Positions 63,440-64,000 of a stretch of 64,000 bases of DNA are shown piece by piece. The notes under the pieces were generated by a model. That model saw only the letters and a program-made list of their open reading frames with translations, had not been told where the DNA came from and did no database searches. Each line of letters opens with the position of its first letter. The stretch's first letter is position 1. The DNA comes from Lama glama. Taxonomy: Eukaryota. The position numbers and the translations under genes were made by a program. Location of the stretch: the NCBI GenBank assembly GCA_028534125.1, contig CM052817.1, forward strand, positions 34,412,001-34,476,000, in the 5' to 3' direction.

Positions 63440-63920
63440 AGCATTTCTGAACATCTGTGTGACAGGTGGTGTGTGAGGTGCTTTCATTTAGATCAATCTT
63501 ATTGGATCTCTTTCAGGAAGACTGTCTCATGCCCACTGTACAGATGAAGAAAATGCAGAGAGATGCAAACACTTGTTGAGGACCTATTCTGTGCACAGAG
63601 CTTTCCATACAGAATTTCACTCAACCATCACAGCAGCCCATGAGATGGCTTCTATCTTAGAGGCGACCGTAAATTACTCAGCTGATTGTTAAGTAGCAGA
63701 GCCATCAGTCTAACCCAAGTGTGTCTGCCTCCGAAGCCCCTGGGCTTTTCACTCTGATACAGTGTTCAGGGAGCCTATGATCTCGGCCCTGTGGACCCCT
63801 CCCCATAGCTTATTGTATGAAACTTTACACACAGTAGAGGCTCAGTAAATTTGTTCACTCATCCATGCATTCATTCAGTCATTCCATAGATATATACTGA
63901 GTACCTTTGTGTTCTAGGAG
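63440..63920. mobile_element. Cluster of MIR and L2 3' end fragments
   Basis: cccactgtacagatgaagaaa; accatcacagcagcccatgag; cacacagtagaggctcagtaaat; cattcattca...tactgagtacct. Confidence 0.55.
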
Positions 63921-64000
63921 GCACGGGTGTGCTTCTTAAATTAAGAAATGAATGTATATGGCATGGAATGTGGTACCAAGGGCCATGCAGAAATATAAAG

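Noticed and set aside
1..64000. CRISPR array, operon-like or other novel multi-gene system
   Set aside because: No regularly spaced repeat-spacer array and no long ORFs; the window is eukaryotic repeat-rich non-coding DNA

Overview
Mammalian non-coding DNA (a large intron or intergenic region), AT-rich, CpG-depleted and dense in repeats. I found no protein-coding exon, RNA gene, CpG-island promoter or CRISPR-like array that I can support. The ORFs that resemble known proteins are LINE-1/HAL1 ORF1p/ORF2p remnants, and the rest look like chance or low-complexity frames. A tRNA-Ala-derived SINE (12173-12324) looks like the camelid Vic-1 type. I saw no Alu, B1/B2, Bov-A/BovB, PRE-1 or Can-SINE, so the source is probably a camelid (inference). 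The window is a layered fossil record of MIR, L2, L3/CR1, HAL1, L1M-type and younger L1, MaLR/ERVL/ERV1 solo LTRs, and Tigger/hAT DNA transposons. The best structural observations are: an apparent ~0.7 kb micro-inversion crossing two L1 fossils (60425-61135); an L1 nested in an L1 with both TSDs readable (31086-32553); an unexplained diverged ~120 bp direct repeat (28006-28130 / 29286-29406); two ~50 bp L1 stubs with TSDs; and a few candidate enhancers and micro-exons. I did not find a convincing novel biological system. Repeat subfamily names come from my recollection of consensus sequences, and most boundaries are approximate.
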